Shown in pieces: positions 1 through 11,844 of a DNA stretch of 64,000 nucleotides. The stretch's first letter is position 1. Every line of letters begins with the position of its first letter. The notes under the pieces were generated by a model, which had not been told where the DNA came from, did not search any database, and saw only the letters and a program-made list of their open reading frames with translations. The translations under genes and the position numbers were made by a program. Source of the stretch: Neoechinorhynchus agilis (lineage: Eukaryota > Animalia > Acanthocephala); contig CM121341.1 of the NCBI GenBank assembly GCA_051530055.1, forward strand, positions 15,540,784 to 15,604,783, written 5' to 3'.

Positions 1-699
1 CTTTGGTCGTTGAATCTATTCTTAATGCCCATAACTTCAGTGCATTCCATATTACAAGACAAGAATTTTAGTTGGAATTTCAGTGAGGAAGAGTTATTAA
101 GGGCGCGATTAATAATTTTGGAGTTTCACTTTCTATATTCACTAGTGTGAATAAAAAGAACAAATTACTATTTTTAAAACATTTTTATGATAGAATCAAC
201 ACTGATGAATTAATAGAACTAAATGTTTAAAGAATATCTTCATCCCGAAAAATAAAAGAAGTTAAAATCACCAATGGTTCCCATATTCGAATTATTGCAA
301 TACAAAACCCTATATTCTCGGTACTTGAACGAGTATTTGAACATAAATGAATTATTTGTTGAAGAGAAATTATATTGCAACTGATTTTCATGGATTCTCT
401 ACTAGAAGATCCCGCCACTGTGCGGGACAAAGGCTAAAGAATAAGAAGAAGAATTGCCATTGATTGAAATTAAAAGCCTTACATTTCAAAGCATATTTTT
501 GCTGTGCTAACCACTAAAATCACGAAAATACAAGTTCGAATTGTTTTTTAGATCTTAAGACGACATAATTACAAATAGAAGAGGTAGCGTGAAATGTCAG
601 TTTTTTGTGCAGCGGAAAACGTTATATCTAATTGAGCTTTGTAGGATATTGGACCCTCCGGGCCCCCCGATGACCGAGGAGGGATCTTCTCGGATATAT

Positions 700-3130
700 A
701 TTCTAGGCGACGGGTTTGTGATTATGAACGGTTGCAAAAGATGGGAGAGCCGTATGCGAGGGAGGGTAAAATAAAGCTGTAGTAAAATTTGGAGAGATCA
801 GGCTAAAGGACTTAAATGGCGAAAGTGTAATGTGCGAATTTTTATAAAGGCATTCGGTGAGCCCGAGGAAAATTAACTGTGCAAATTTTAGAAGCTTTTC
901 TATGAAACATTTCAAAGCGACTGTGTTTGTGATGTGGACAGGTTGCGAAAGGCGAGATGACCGAAGGTGAGGGATGGGTAAAATATAGTTGTTGTGAAAT
1001 TTGGAGAGAGCGTGTGATTTGAATCCGAAATGGCGGAGGCGTTTGAGGAAGTAAATGGTGAAGCTATTACGTTTGAGGGAAAGTGTAATGTGCGAGTCCT
1101 ATTTAAGATTTGATTGAAATTGGATACCCAGAATTCTGAGCGAGATCGGGTTAGGATATGGAGGCCGCGGAAGATTGAGGGGATGTTTTCGAAGTATTTA
1201 AAGAAGTTCACTTAGAGTTTGTGGGTGGTGTAGAAATCTTCGATGTGTGTGATTTCGTTAAAGGTTAAGAAGAGGGAGAGGTGGAAGGGTGATTTTGTGA
1301 TGGGAGTGAGATCGTCGGCATATAAAGAAAGTTTAGCGTGAGAGGCGAGAGGTTTGAGGTCGTTTAGGAAAATATTAAAAAGAAGTGGTGACAGCACCTT
1401 GAGATACGCCTTTGGTGAGGGATAGAGTGATCGAGGAGGTAGATAGGCAGTGAATGTATTGTATGCGATTGTGAAGATAAGATTCGAGCCAGCGGATCTG
1501 CCACGCGTTTGGACCGAAATCTGAGCAGGCCCGGAGAAGGAGTGAATTGTCACCGGAGTCGAATTCTGTCGATAAATCAAATTGAATGAGACGGGTGACG
1601 TGGGAGGGATTATTGTCGAGGTTACGTAGAAGCGTGTCATAAATGCAAAGTAAGTCGTCGGTTGCAGAAAATCTGGGCCGTAAGAATGAGAAGTGAAAGA
1701 AGGCAAGATTTAAAACATTTTTCGATGAATTTTGAAGGAGCGGGTAGAATGGATATTAAACGGAATGATTCGGCGGAAATATGATGGCCTTTTTCGGAAT
1801 ATAAAAAGCTGAGGTTTATAATGTGGATAAGAAGGTCGGTGAGTTCGTAGATGATGTAGCAAAGAACTCAGTTTGGGATTTCTGATTACGAGGACGAATT
1901 TTTAGGTAATTTCATGAGATACTTTAGTACTTCATATGATGAAACTAAGGGGAGTATACGCGAGTTGACAAAAGTTTCGGATGTGGGCGTGAAAGATTGT
2001 GTGGTGTCCGATTTGAAGCAGTGATTGTAAATTGAGTCAGGACAGAGGTTCTGATTAATGGAATCTAGAACCTGTTTTAATTCAGTGGAGGACAAATTAG
2101 GACGGGATCCGGGTGGCGTAGACCAAGAGAGCCCTTCATGTAAAGTTGCCACCTGATCGAATTTTAGAGGAAAGGAAGTTTTTGCGGGCGATAAGTATTT
2201 TGTTAGTAAGTGTTTTTTGTAAACGAGGAAAGTCTGGAGAGTTATTTCGATGGCCTTTAGAAGCTTGCCTTTGTAGAAGTTTCAAAATTGGGGTTATCCA
2301 TGGAGGTTCCCGGTTGGAGATCCTAATGAATTTCTTGGGAATTGCGGAAGCTAGGGATTTTTTTATGATTGAGGTTAGGGAGGACATGGCCAAGGAAGGG
2401 TCATTTGTGTTGTCAGGATGAAAGTTATGAATCATATAATTGAAAAATTTCAAAAAATTGTGGATGTTATTATTCCGTTTATCCTAGAAGGGTAAGCGAG
2501 GTGACTTTTGACACTGAGATGGAGTGGATGGAGTGATAGGGGCAGAAGAGTGGTCAGGCTTCGTGAAGGGAAGGAGATTGCAGGCAGATGAGTGGGCGTC
2601 GATTTTGGTGAACACTTTGCCTAGGTGAGCGTCAAGACGTGTTGGGAAGCCAATTTGTTAACGCAACTTGGAGAAGGATGGCGGAGGAAATAGTTAATCG
2701 AAGTCTCCTGTAATTAGGAAATGGTGTGCATTTGCGGAGTTTATGAACTCCATCATGGACTGCAGTTTACGCAAATAGGACTCAGGACGAGACGCAAGAG
2801 GGCTGTATACGCCAGCAACTGTAAATTCTATAAGACCATTTCTTAGAGGAGAGGAGAAGTGGACTGCAATGAATTCTACATCTGGGTTTTGTAAAGAGCC
2901 TGTGAGTAGACGGTCTTTGCGGTACGTATGGAAGGAAAAGTACCAGGAAATAATGACTGAATTGCTGTTGACGAGGGTAAGCCATGTTTCTGTTAAGACG
3001 GCTACGTCGGGTTTTGAAGTATATAGAATGAGTGAAATTTCACACAGTTTAGGGAGGAGGCTTCGAGTGTTGAAGTATATTACGACGGGGAAGTTAATTT
3101 TAGATTCGGAGACACTGTGATGGAAATGAG
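700..3130 (-). mobile_element. Degraded CR1/L2-like LINE (APE endonuclease + RT)
   Basis: Minus-strand translation near 3110-2950 gives YFNTRSLLPKLCEI...PDVAVLTETWL (APE N-terminus); ORF 1212..1706 has LLFNIFLNDL and LSLYADDL (RT); many frameshifts. Confidence 0.85.
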
Positions 3131-5149
3131 GGAGATTGCAAGTATGTACAAGTGATTTTATGCGCTTCCCTGACCAAACCGGTAACTTTTATTCTGTTTT
3201 TCAAAATGTGGCCTTTTTCACGGCTAATAATTTTTCATTGGGCACGCAGCATACCAATCGGGGACAGGGAAGCGCATAAAATCACTTGAACGTCCCTCCG
3301 GATCCTCAGATATATCCGGGAGGCGGGACTCACCAGTGAGTTTCCTCCCTTCAGCCGTATTTCGGTCGGCGGTAACGGATTCGAATCCTTTGACTCAAAC
3401 AGGGATCAGAAGCATATATCCACTTGAGAATGCACAAACTCAAGAAAAATTATCAGCCGTAAAAAGGCAACACTTAAACACAATTTTTTATTGCGATCTG
3501 AGCAATTGCCTCAGATTCTCTATTTTTATTTGCTTGACTTAACTCGTTTTTGATCTTCAAAATTTAGAAGAAATCAAACATAAATGTTTCTAATGATTCC
3601 CTCTAAAAGTGATTAACTCTCCAGAAATTTTGATATTACGTGAACATTTTTATTCGCATATGAACAATTTACTTTAAGCACTTTGATCTACTTATTTTGA
3701 AGGCATAAATTGTATTAACACATTTTTCGCCGTTTATTCATGGATTATTTAGAACTGAACTGCAAAAAGATTTCATGTCTTTTAAGCATTTTTATCATCA
3801 TTTTGCCATCGAGTTTTCAACTTGAAAGTTGCCCATTTATGCGCGAGGTTTTTTAGTGTATCGATTGTAAACTCAACATTGATGAGACTGCTGTGCTAAA
3901 AATAAGGTATTGAAACAATAAGCTTAAAGATAGTGTTTTCTGTTTGCCGATGTAGGGATTGTTAAAATTTTAATTTCTCGCCATCTCGCGCTTCTTTATT
4001 TGTTTGCATTGTAGAACGAGTTTAAATCTTTTTTTCTATAAAGATTATTATGCTGATGGAAAAATTTCGCGCAGAAGTTCATAAGATGAATTTTTTATAT
4101 TTTCATGAAGGTGTTTGGCGATTAAAGTTAAAATTCCTCCAATTCAAAATCCACATTATAATCTTCGTAATGATTCAATAAAGTAATTAATGTTTCAGAT
4201 TGTTGATCATAAGTGTCCAAGAAATCTCCTCCACTGCAGACCCTGTGGCATCATTAAGTTTGTACAGAAGTCCGTCATCCTCACACGAATCATCCTCCTC
4301 CTTCAAATCTCCTGCGAAATTCAGACAACTTTCCGCTGTACAATTGAAACCGAAGTATAGAAAAGCGTTTGTTTTAAGCACGGGAGCGTATTTGAACATT
4401 ATAAAATTTTCCACTAATTCTTGAAGACTAAACGCAGTTTGGAATAAAGGGTCACCGCTATGGATCTGTATAGTACAAGTTGCTCAACTTGTGAACTGTC
4501 TGTATGATGAGACAAAGGTTCATGTTCGCATCATTGATCCTTCTTCGCTAATGCCATGAGACTAAGGAAAACGCTCTCTACTTGATCAAACGTCTTATCA
4601 TGGAAGCAATGCCAGAAGCTGTCAAAAGTCAACCGGTGCCAGATTTGACACTGACGAAGAAATCCAACAATTCGGATGACTGTGTGTTCACTGTTATTCG
4701 GTGAATCCAATAAACAGCAAAACGCTACGAACAATTATTGCCTTCAATGAAATTTCTGAAGGGAGTTCTACGATCTATGTTTGATTTTGAAAAGCCTGAC
4801 TCTATTCAGATCATTTAGAGGGTTATTTGCCAGTCGTCTAAATCACTGATGGTTTGCTGAACAAATACACCATGGAAAATGTGACTGATTTATATGGAAG
4901 TAGTATTCTGTATTTTATAACGTACTAGTAGACCTCGTTAAACAATAACTAGCAGAGTTATGCTGGTTGGGACTTGTTACTGGAAAGGTCCGTTTGAAAT
5001 GCTAAACGTTAGTAGGTTAAAGGGGCTCGGCCGGAAGTTCCCAAAGGTTATCAAGAATCAAATGAGGAAGGCTGCTGCAACTGTCAATCCTCACCATCGT
5101 CTCAACTTCTATTTTTACCGTGGGCCATGTAGATTTACGGCCGAGCAAT

Positions 5150-5760
5150 CGGATCTGGGATCACTTAGGGTTCTCATCTCCTGTTACTTTGTGAATGGAA
5201 AGCAATATATTCAGGAACGCACAGTGACGACATCGACGAATTCTCGAATTCGAGGCCGCCAACGACGACGATTTAGGTGATTTGATAAATATTGTTCGTT
5301 TATCCAGCTGAGACAAACTGCCATCCAAATGACAATATGTTTTTAGTGGTCTCCTGACGATTTTAAATTGTTTCGGGTGCATTAAATCTACGACAGATCG
5401 AAGATATTGATGATACATGCTAAAATATCGTCGAAGCTAGTTAAGGCATCCCGAGAAATCATTCGTTTAAAAGAATCCTCCAACGAAGGATTGGGATGCA
5501 CCACGATTACGGCATCCCGAGAAATCCTTCGTCTCAAAGAATCCTCCAACAAAAGATTGAGATGCACCACGATTACGGCTTCCTGAGAAACCTTCGTTTC
5601 AAAGAATGTTCGGTAATCAACTCAAACCGATCGGAATTGAGTGTCGCTTTTAATTAAAGTATCGTTAACACTTCGAATTTATTTGAATACTTCTGACGGA
5701 GCGACATTCGGCATTGTATTCCGGCGGATCGCTATTTTCACAATTCGACTTTAACCAAGG
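5150..5760 (+). repeat. Unclassified dispersed repeat with internal 66-bp tandem units; second copy at 45130-45790 (-)
   Basis: TCTCCTGTTACTTTGTGAATGGAAAGCAATATATTCAGGAAC at about 5180 matches the reverse complement of about 45705-45750; both copies carry about 2.5-3 units of GGCATCCCGAGAAATC...CACGATTAC. Confidence 0.8.
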
Positions 5761-5869
5761 CGACCAGATCAAAAGGCGTTCATTTGGGGAGTTCTATTTG
5801 GCGCTGATCCTTTGAAGCTTTTGAAACTTGGGTTGATTTTAATAAATTGATCAAAAGTTGTAATAGGGA

Positions 5870-6480
5870 CCACCTTGGAACCATCTGGACGCCATGGTCT
5901 CGTCTGTCCGCAACACGCCAAAGTGAACGCAATTCTTAGTCGTGCCCTGAATACGGTGAATGCGGCCAACATCCTAGAGCCGAGCAATCTTTGCCGACTC
6001 CATGATGGTCGATCGGACGGTGTCCCAGTATTCCCGTGGCGATAAGGAAAATGTCTTCTCTGGGACGCCAAGTCCGTGAACACCCTCGCAGCCCGCAACA
6101 TAAAATTCGCTGCCGTTAAACCAGGGGGAGCAGCAACCGCCGCTGAGGAACGCAAAAAGACAAAATACAAGGACCTGAGTCGAAATCATTATTTCGTTAC
6201 CTCGGTCCTTTGGTATCGCGGCACAGGACCTGGTTAAGCAATTGTCTAAGAGATTGAGACGAATAACTGGCGATCAGAGGGCAGGAGCATTCCTTCTGTA
6301 AAACATAAGTCTGGCTGTTCAACGGCATCCGTCCTTTCGACCGTTACACCAGGAGGGCAGGTGAGTGATAGAGAGCAGGGGCATTCCTTCTGCAAAACAT
6401 AAGCCTGGCTGTTCAACGAGGGGACGCTGCATCCGTCCTTTCGACCGGTGTGAGTTCTCATGTAGCATAGAGATGCACTT
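5870..6480 (+). mobile_element. CRE-like non-LTR retrotransposon 3' fragment (family A), with a roughly 100-bp tandem duplication at the 3' end
   Basis: Encodes RHGLVC...NAILSRALNTVNAANILEPSNLCRLHDGRSDGVPVFPWR, homologous to the RLE domain at 25001..26068. Confidence 0.85.
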
Positions 6481-6681
6481 GCCGAGGAACAAAAATGATA
6501 CCATAAATATATCATGAAGTAGAAAGATATAAAAAGATGAATCTTGATTTAATCTATTGTTGATGAAGCTGAAGTTGCTCGTAGAAGAGGATAATCGCGT
6601 ACATGGTTGCTTGGTATTAATTCAAACGCCACAATTTGGATTTATTTAAGATGAAATTTTACTTTGTCATCTAACGTTATA

Positions 6682-7719
6682 CTAATTTTGTTTTTTCTCC
6701 GACAATGATTTTTCGAGCCATGTCAGACTGGTATTGACAAACGTTTTTAGTGATTGAAGGCCTTGTGCGGCAACTGTCCTAACAATATCAATCTCTGAGC
6801 TATTTATTCGCGAGACGTCCTTTAGAATACTTTCACAAAGAGTGATTCCAGCACTATATCCTGATTTTAGTGGACCTGGAAGTACGTTCGAAAGGGTGCT
6901 ATTGACCCATTGTATATCAGTTTTAATTCGCTGGGTGACAAATAATGTAAGCTTGTTCCGTCTTTCCTCTTCAGTGTCACAATTTCCGATTTCCTTCTTT
7001 TGATCGTCAGATAAATAAGCATCAAGAGTGTCCATGTCTATTTGTGATACGGGGTTATCCCCACCGATTTCAAGAATTTTCATTAGCTCACTAATAACCC
7101 TCAGGACCGTGAGCATGCGGTCTCTTGCAGAAGCCAAGATGTTCGGTCCGACGTACTGTGATGCTGTTTGACTTGGATCAGTGAAATAGTCCTTGAATGA
7201 CTTTGGTTTCTCTGTCGCTGATGGAGTCTCAGGTGGGGCTGAGAATTTCGTGTACACTGTAGAAGCCAAACGGAATGGGTACAAAATAAGAGGTTTAAGT
7301 CCGACATAAACTGCAGTTAGGAACTGTTAATAAAACTGGTAGTTTTGATAAATAAATCAGATTAGACACGTACCTCAATAGGAGGAGCCATGAGTGCTGG
7401 AAAGTAGCTCTCAAGTGCGTATAAACATTGATTGGCCAATGCATCGAGATAGTTTACTAAAAATAGCCAATTCTGTTGCGTACTTTTGCATGAAGGTTGA
7501 ATACTCACAAAACGGTGAGATGGGTCCTAGAATCGGGGCAGTGTATGTCTTGATGGAATCTACCAGCGATCGGGCATACGTAGCAGACTCTTTAAAGAGT
7601 GGGCTTAGGTTTTGCAGTTGACTGCAGCAAAAATATGTGCTACTAGCAACCAACTGTATTATGGGAATCCGATTGAAATGTTGAAGAAATGATTCATTTG
7701 ATTTGCCAGTCGGAGTCAT
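6682..7719 (-). CDS. Perilipin (PAT family)-like protein, 3 exons
   Basis: N-terminus FLQHFNRIPIIQLVASSTY...SPLFKES...ARSLVDSIKTYTAPI resembles the PAT domain; removing a 52-nt GTGAGT..TTTTAG intron gives LNYLDALANQCLYALESYFPALMAPPIE, then a 50-nt GTACGT..TTAACAG intron joins ORF 6682..7284. Confidence 0.65.
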
Positions 7720-7972
7720 TTTATCTAAAATGGGTATGAACCCTTCGTCGAATTCTATATGCCGAAGGCAAAATGATTTATTCGCAGTCCATGTAGAAGT
7801 TAAAGAATGTTGTGCGTCACATTCATGTGCACACAATGGGTGTCGTGGAAAAGTGGGAGCGTTTGGGGTAATAGTCAAGTGATGCGATCGGCATCACCAT
7901 GAGACATTTTGTATGTGGAGTGACGAAAATGAATCAGAGGTATGGTAATTCGAGAAAATACACTTTGAAAAA

Positions 7973-8293
7973 TTATTTCATTTTTTCCATCACTTCATTT
8001 GATAATATAAACCGACATTGTTCAAGAGAAGCTCCACATGCTCCAACATTAAATTGTCTAGGATACGTAGACTTCATTGCATTAGAGCCAAGTGTTCGAA
8101 TGCTTCGCAAACATCGTTCCCATCTCGCTAACTCGTTGCTGCTCTGAATCACAGTGTCTTCTCTGTCTTTAAACGTTCTAGCAAACGAATGGCGGAGTAC
8201 TTGGTTGAAGTCACGTCCACTTTTTGATTTATCCAACGGTATCAACTTTAAAGCGTCAATAAGATCACGGTAGAGCTTAGCAGTTCTCGACAT
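7973..8293 (-). CDS. UQCC2: Ubiquinol-cytochrome c reductase complex assembly factor 2
   Basis: LYRDLIDALKLIPLDKSKSGRDF...F...YPR...G.SLEQCRFILSNEVME matches the human pattern (WPVDETKRGRDLG...YPR...GLSLEEYKLILS); ATG at 8293. Confidence 0.8.
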   Translation of the reverse strand: MSRTAKLYRDLIDALKLIPLDKSKSGRDFNQVLRHSFARTFKDREDTVIQSSNELARWERCLRSIRTLGSNAMKSTYPRQFNVGACGASLEQCRFILSNEVMEKMK

Positions 8294-8577
8294 GATCTGA
8301 ATATAAAGAACTGATTTGAGAGTAGGTTTCAGTTGCGAAAACGTGATCCTCTTAGAAAAAATGTGCATTTCGTATCATCAACGCTAGCAGAAATCCCGTC
8401 ATATTTTCTGAAGATTAACTACGAAGCTGAAAATTCAAATTGTCATCATATTCAATAAGCCACGCAATAACGCCTTAAAGGTTTGACAGCTCAGACGGTT
8501 TTAAAAACAAACAAATTTTAGATTTAAATTGATCGGATTTCCGAATAAAAAATCATTGTTTAATCTAGGCAGTAAAA

Positions 8578-8702
8578 ATCTCAAAAGGAATATTTAAGTC
8601 CCAACAAAAATAGTTGGCCTCAGTAATAGGTATCTAATGGATAGGAAAAACTATCAATTACGCTAACAATTTCTGTTGGGATTTAAATATTCTTTTTGAG
8701 AT
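8578..8702. repeat. Short foldback/MITE-like element
   Basis: ATCTCAAAAGGAATATTTAAGTCCCAACA at the left and its near-exact reverse complement at the right. Confidence 0.7.
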
Positions 8703-9349
8703 TTACACACCTTTTAGAGATATCGACGCTTCTCGCGATAAAGAATCAGAATGTTGTATACATCATTGCAAACATTTGATTGCATTTCTTTATCTTAAAT
8801 TTTTTTTTACTGGCAAACCGCTTTTATTGATTCTGATTTAGGGCATCCTTCCTCGGATTTTTAGTTGGTATGGCTTCATGCCAAGAAGGAACATTTCTTT
8901 TTAGCGAAAATGTAAACGGTAGGTTCTGGAGAAAACACGCCAGTGTTGGAAAAATGTGAAAGTAGTTGCAATTGTAGTTGAAGAACATCAGCGGATGCTT
9001 CGAAGTTTGTCAAATTTCACCATGCCGATATTGAGAGAATCAACTGCTTGCGAGCTATCATTTATCGATAATAAATTAATGCAGCATATAATACCTATTA
9101 TTTAATCGGAAAACTGACTTTTAAAAAGTATCGATCACTTTCGAAGGTCAAATAGTGCAGAATTGGCTAGAATTAAGCGGACTACTCGTTGATTTTGTCG
9201 AACTTAGTAAAAAGATAAAACACATTTACTGCGACTTGAAGGTAATAATCTGATCTGCTTAGGATCAACGATAACCGAGTCCAAAAACCGTCCTTTTTCA
9301 AGTGTTTTGTCTCCAATACGCAAAATCGAAATCGGGGATATTTTGACGA

Positions 9350-9455
9350 TCCGAGGGCAGGAGCATTCCTCCTACAAAACATAAGTCTGGCTCTGCAACA
9401 GGGGGATGCTGCATCCGTCTTTTATACCAGGACGACAGATGAGTGATCCAAAAGC
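9350..9455 (+). mobile_element. CRE family A extreme 3' fragment
   Basis: GAGGGCAGGAGCATTCCTCCTACAAAACATAAGTCTGGCT...CCAGGACGACAGATGAGTGATCC matches the 3' ends at about 6280, 48170 and 55480. Confidence 0.8.
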
Positions 9456-10399
9456 AGTGACGTATTTGCTATTAACGAAAAAATCTACTAAGATACGAGG
9501 AGGTATACGTTGCAAAACTACTAATATTTCCTACAACAATAGCTCAGTTGACAAATCCTTGAAACATATAATAACTATCCTTACTTATCGTAAAGAAACG
9601 CTCGACAAAACGAGTTATTTAAGGAAAGATTTCCCAGTTTTCAATAAGACTCCATTGATATTTAACTATGTACACTGCTTTAGTTACTAAAACTTTCTAC
9701 GAGTGCTTCGAACGCGTAATCGCTTGAGAATCGCCGTACGATTTCTGAAGAAACACTGAAAAACGTCGAAAAATGAAAGTGTTTAGACAAAATATACAAT
9801 AGGCTAATAGACAATATGATTCAAAATCAGTGTTTGTTTTTAACTGTTATCCTTATCGGGGAAATTCACAAAAAAGTTTGAAGATTGAACCATTCATGCT
9901 TGTTTATGGCGTAAAAATTAAAAGAATTTATTAAATCCCATATTTCGGCACACAATCTCGCGCCTTTATCAAGGTCGCAAACTTACAAACAACTTCGGTG
10001 AACTGCAATATCGCACTTGATCAATTCGTTTAATTTCCGTCAATAGAAAACATGCATCTACTTCAAAAAACCAAACCTTTCTTCCGGATCGTAGGCAAGT
10101 GTTTAGAATTCGGTATTTTTCGGCCGTTTCAAAGTCAAGACCACATTGTGGAAAATTAACGCACTCGTTCAAAAAATAAAATATATTTTGAATTTTAACC
10201 ATCCCATTTTTCTCGACCTGTAAAATATTCTGAGCTTTCTCGTACTCTATAACCCGCGTGCGTGCGTGTGAATGACATTTTCAACTAAAATCACGTAATC
10301 CAGAGGTATTACGAAAGAATCGTAAAGGGAAGTTTTCCGTGTTCCTTGACGAGCGCGTTTTGGTTCTATTTGTTCGGAATATCATAAAAATTGATCGAA

Positions 10400-11554
10400 A
10401 TGTCACGACGATTCGGTGGTCGTAATTTGCCTCCCCGTCAGACCCGTCCTCGTTACCGCACTCCCTTTCCAATGGGAATGTTTGATCCAATGGCGATTGC
10501 TTATGGAGTAGGTGCTCCATTAATGTACAATCCGACGGCGGCGGCAATGGCAGCCGCCTTCTTTAATCCAATGCAAGCAACAATACATCATCAATCTTAC
10601 GGATTTTCAACTGGAATGTACCCAAGGATGCATAATATCAATGGTGGTGGTAGTGGTGGCGGTGGTAGCCATCGGTTTTTTGCTCCATCGACGAATGCGA
10701 TGGTTCCACCGACTTCTTCTGCTTTAGCTCGTAAAAGGTCTGCCGGAGCTCCTGCGGCTCAAATCAGCTCAGACGACGACTATGCGACTGATGGAGATTC
10801 GGACGATGAGTCAAAGCAGGGTCAGCCTCCGTCGAAAAAATTAGCTAATAGTTCGGGGGAGGGAGCTGGAGGTGGTAGTGGAGGAACCTCGGCCACAAAG
10901 CGCTCCTCGTCAAAAACCCCCTATAACCATCCAGGGGTGACGGAGAAGCAATGTGAGCTCTGCGGTGTTGTTTTTACGTCTAAGGTTCTGCGCGATCAAC
11001 ATTTAAAAGGCAAGAAGCATAAAAAGAAACTTAAATTTCATATGAATAAGGGAGAAACCCCGTTTGATGTGCCGGATTCTCCAGATGGAGACGACGAAGC
11101 TGATCCTGCTGACGACGGAAATGATGAAGAAGTGGACGAAAGTGGAGATGTGGAAATGGAAGTCCTTGATCCGCATCTAGAATTCTTTGAAGAACTTAAG
11201 GCCCTTAAGGGAGCTATATTAGATCCAGAAAACGCTGAACGGATCTCGATTAATGCTTTTCAGTTGTTCAGAATAATGGAAGAGTATTTAAGGTACATCA
11301 CAAGAAGATACGTGAGTCCAGGAATCGATCCTACACGTATGTCATGGAATGAACTTTTGAACGTCTTAAAACGAAACACGATTGTGAAATTGAGCTCGAA
11401 CATGGAGAGGAAGCTGGATAACGTAAGACAGTTGAGAAATTCTGTTGTCCATTCTTTTACGGCCCCAGTCGATATACGCGTACTCACCAAAGTTATTAAA
11501 GTCGCTGAAGAAATGTACGAATGGGGTGTTCAGTTCAGAGATACCACACTTTAA
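10400..11554 (+). CDS. Intronless protein, 384 aa: low-complexity N-terminus, matrin/U1-like C2H2 zinc finger, acidic linker, C-terminal HEPN-like domain
   Basis: CELCGVVFTSKVLRDQHLKGKKHKKK (10952-11030); FQLFRIMEEYLR...WNELLNVLK...KLDNVRQLRNSVVHS with an R-x4-H motif at 11435-11452. Confidence 0.8.
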   Translation: MSRRFGGRNLPPRQTRPRYRTPFPMGMFDPMAIAYGVGAPLMYNPTAAAMAAAFFNPMQATIHHQSYGFSTGMYPRMHNINGGGSGGGGSHRFFAPSTNAMVPPTSSALARKRSAGAPAAQISSDDDYATDGDSDDESKQGQPPSKKLANSSGEGAGGGSGGTSATKRSSSKTPYNHPGVTEKQCELCGVVFTSKVLRDQHLKGKKHKKKLKFHMNKGETPFDVPDSPDGDDEADPADDGNDEEVDESGDVEMEVLDPHLEFFEELKALKGAILDPENAERISINAFQLFRIMEEYLRYITRRYVSPGIDPTRMSWNELLNVLKRNTIVKLSSNMERKLDNVRQLRNSVVHSFTAPVDIRVLTKVIKVAEEMYEWGVQFRDTTL

Positions 11555-11844
11555 ATGCGATTATCTTTGCTAAAAAGCGATTATGATGTTTGGCTTCAAA
11601 TTAAATATCGACTAAAATACCGTTTAGTGTGGTATTTCGCGCCTCTCGGTTTCTAACCATAAATCTTTAGGTGCGGATTTTTTTCTGAACGATCAGATAT
11701 TTAACTGAAGGCGAATTCTCTAACTAACAAATGGAATTTCACTAGTCAAAATCAAGGTATTGAAATAGAATTTCAGTGAATTTCTACGTTTTATTTGTGT
11801 GAGAAATCGCTTAAGGCTTCGTTTGTTTAATTTTAGTCTCAACT

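Noticed and set aside
227-430. 67-aa ORF at the window start
   Set aside because: No recognisable motif or resolvable splice pattern
3360-3440. tRNA-like GGATTCGAATCC
   Set aside because: T-stem and acceptor stem do not pair; no cloverleaf
4187-4740. Overlapping short ORFs on both strands
   Set aside because: Could not build a consistent gene or recognise a domain; possibly decayed coding sequence
5440-5610. 66-bp repeats as a CRISPR array
   Set aside because: Contiguous tandem units with no unique spacers; eukaryotic context; no cas genes
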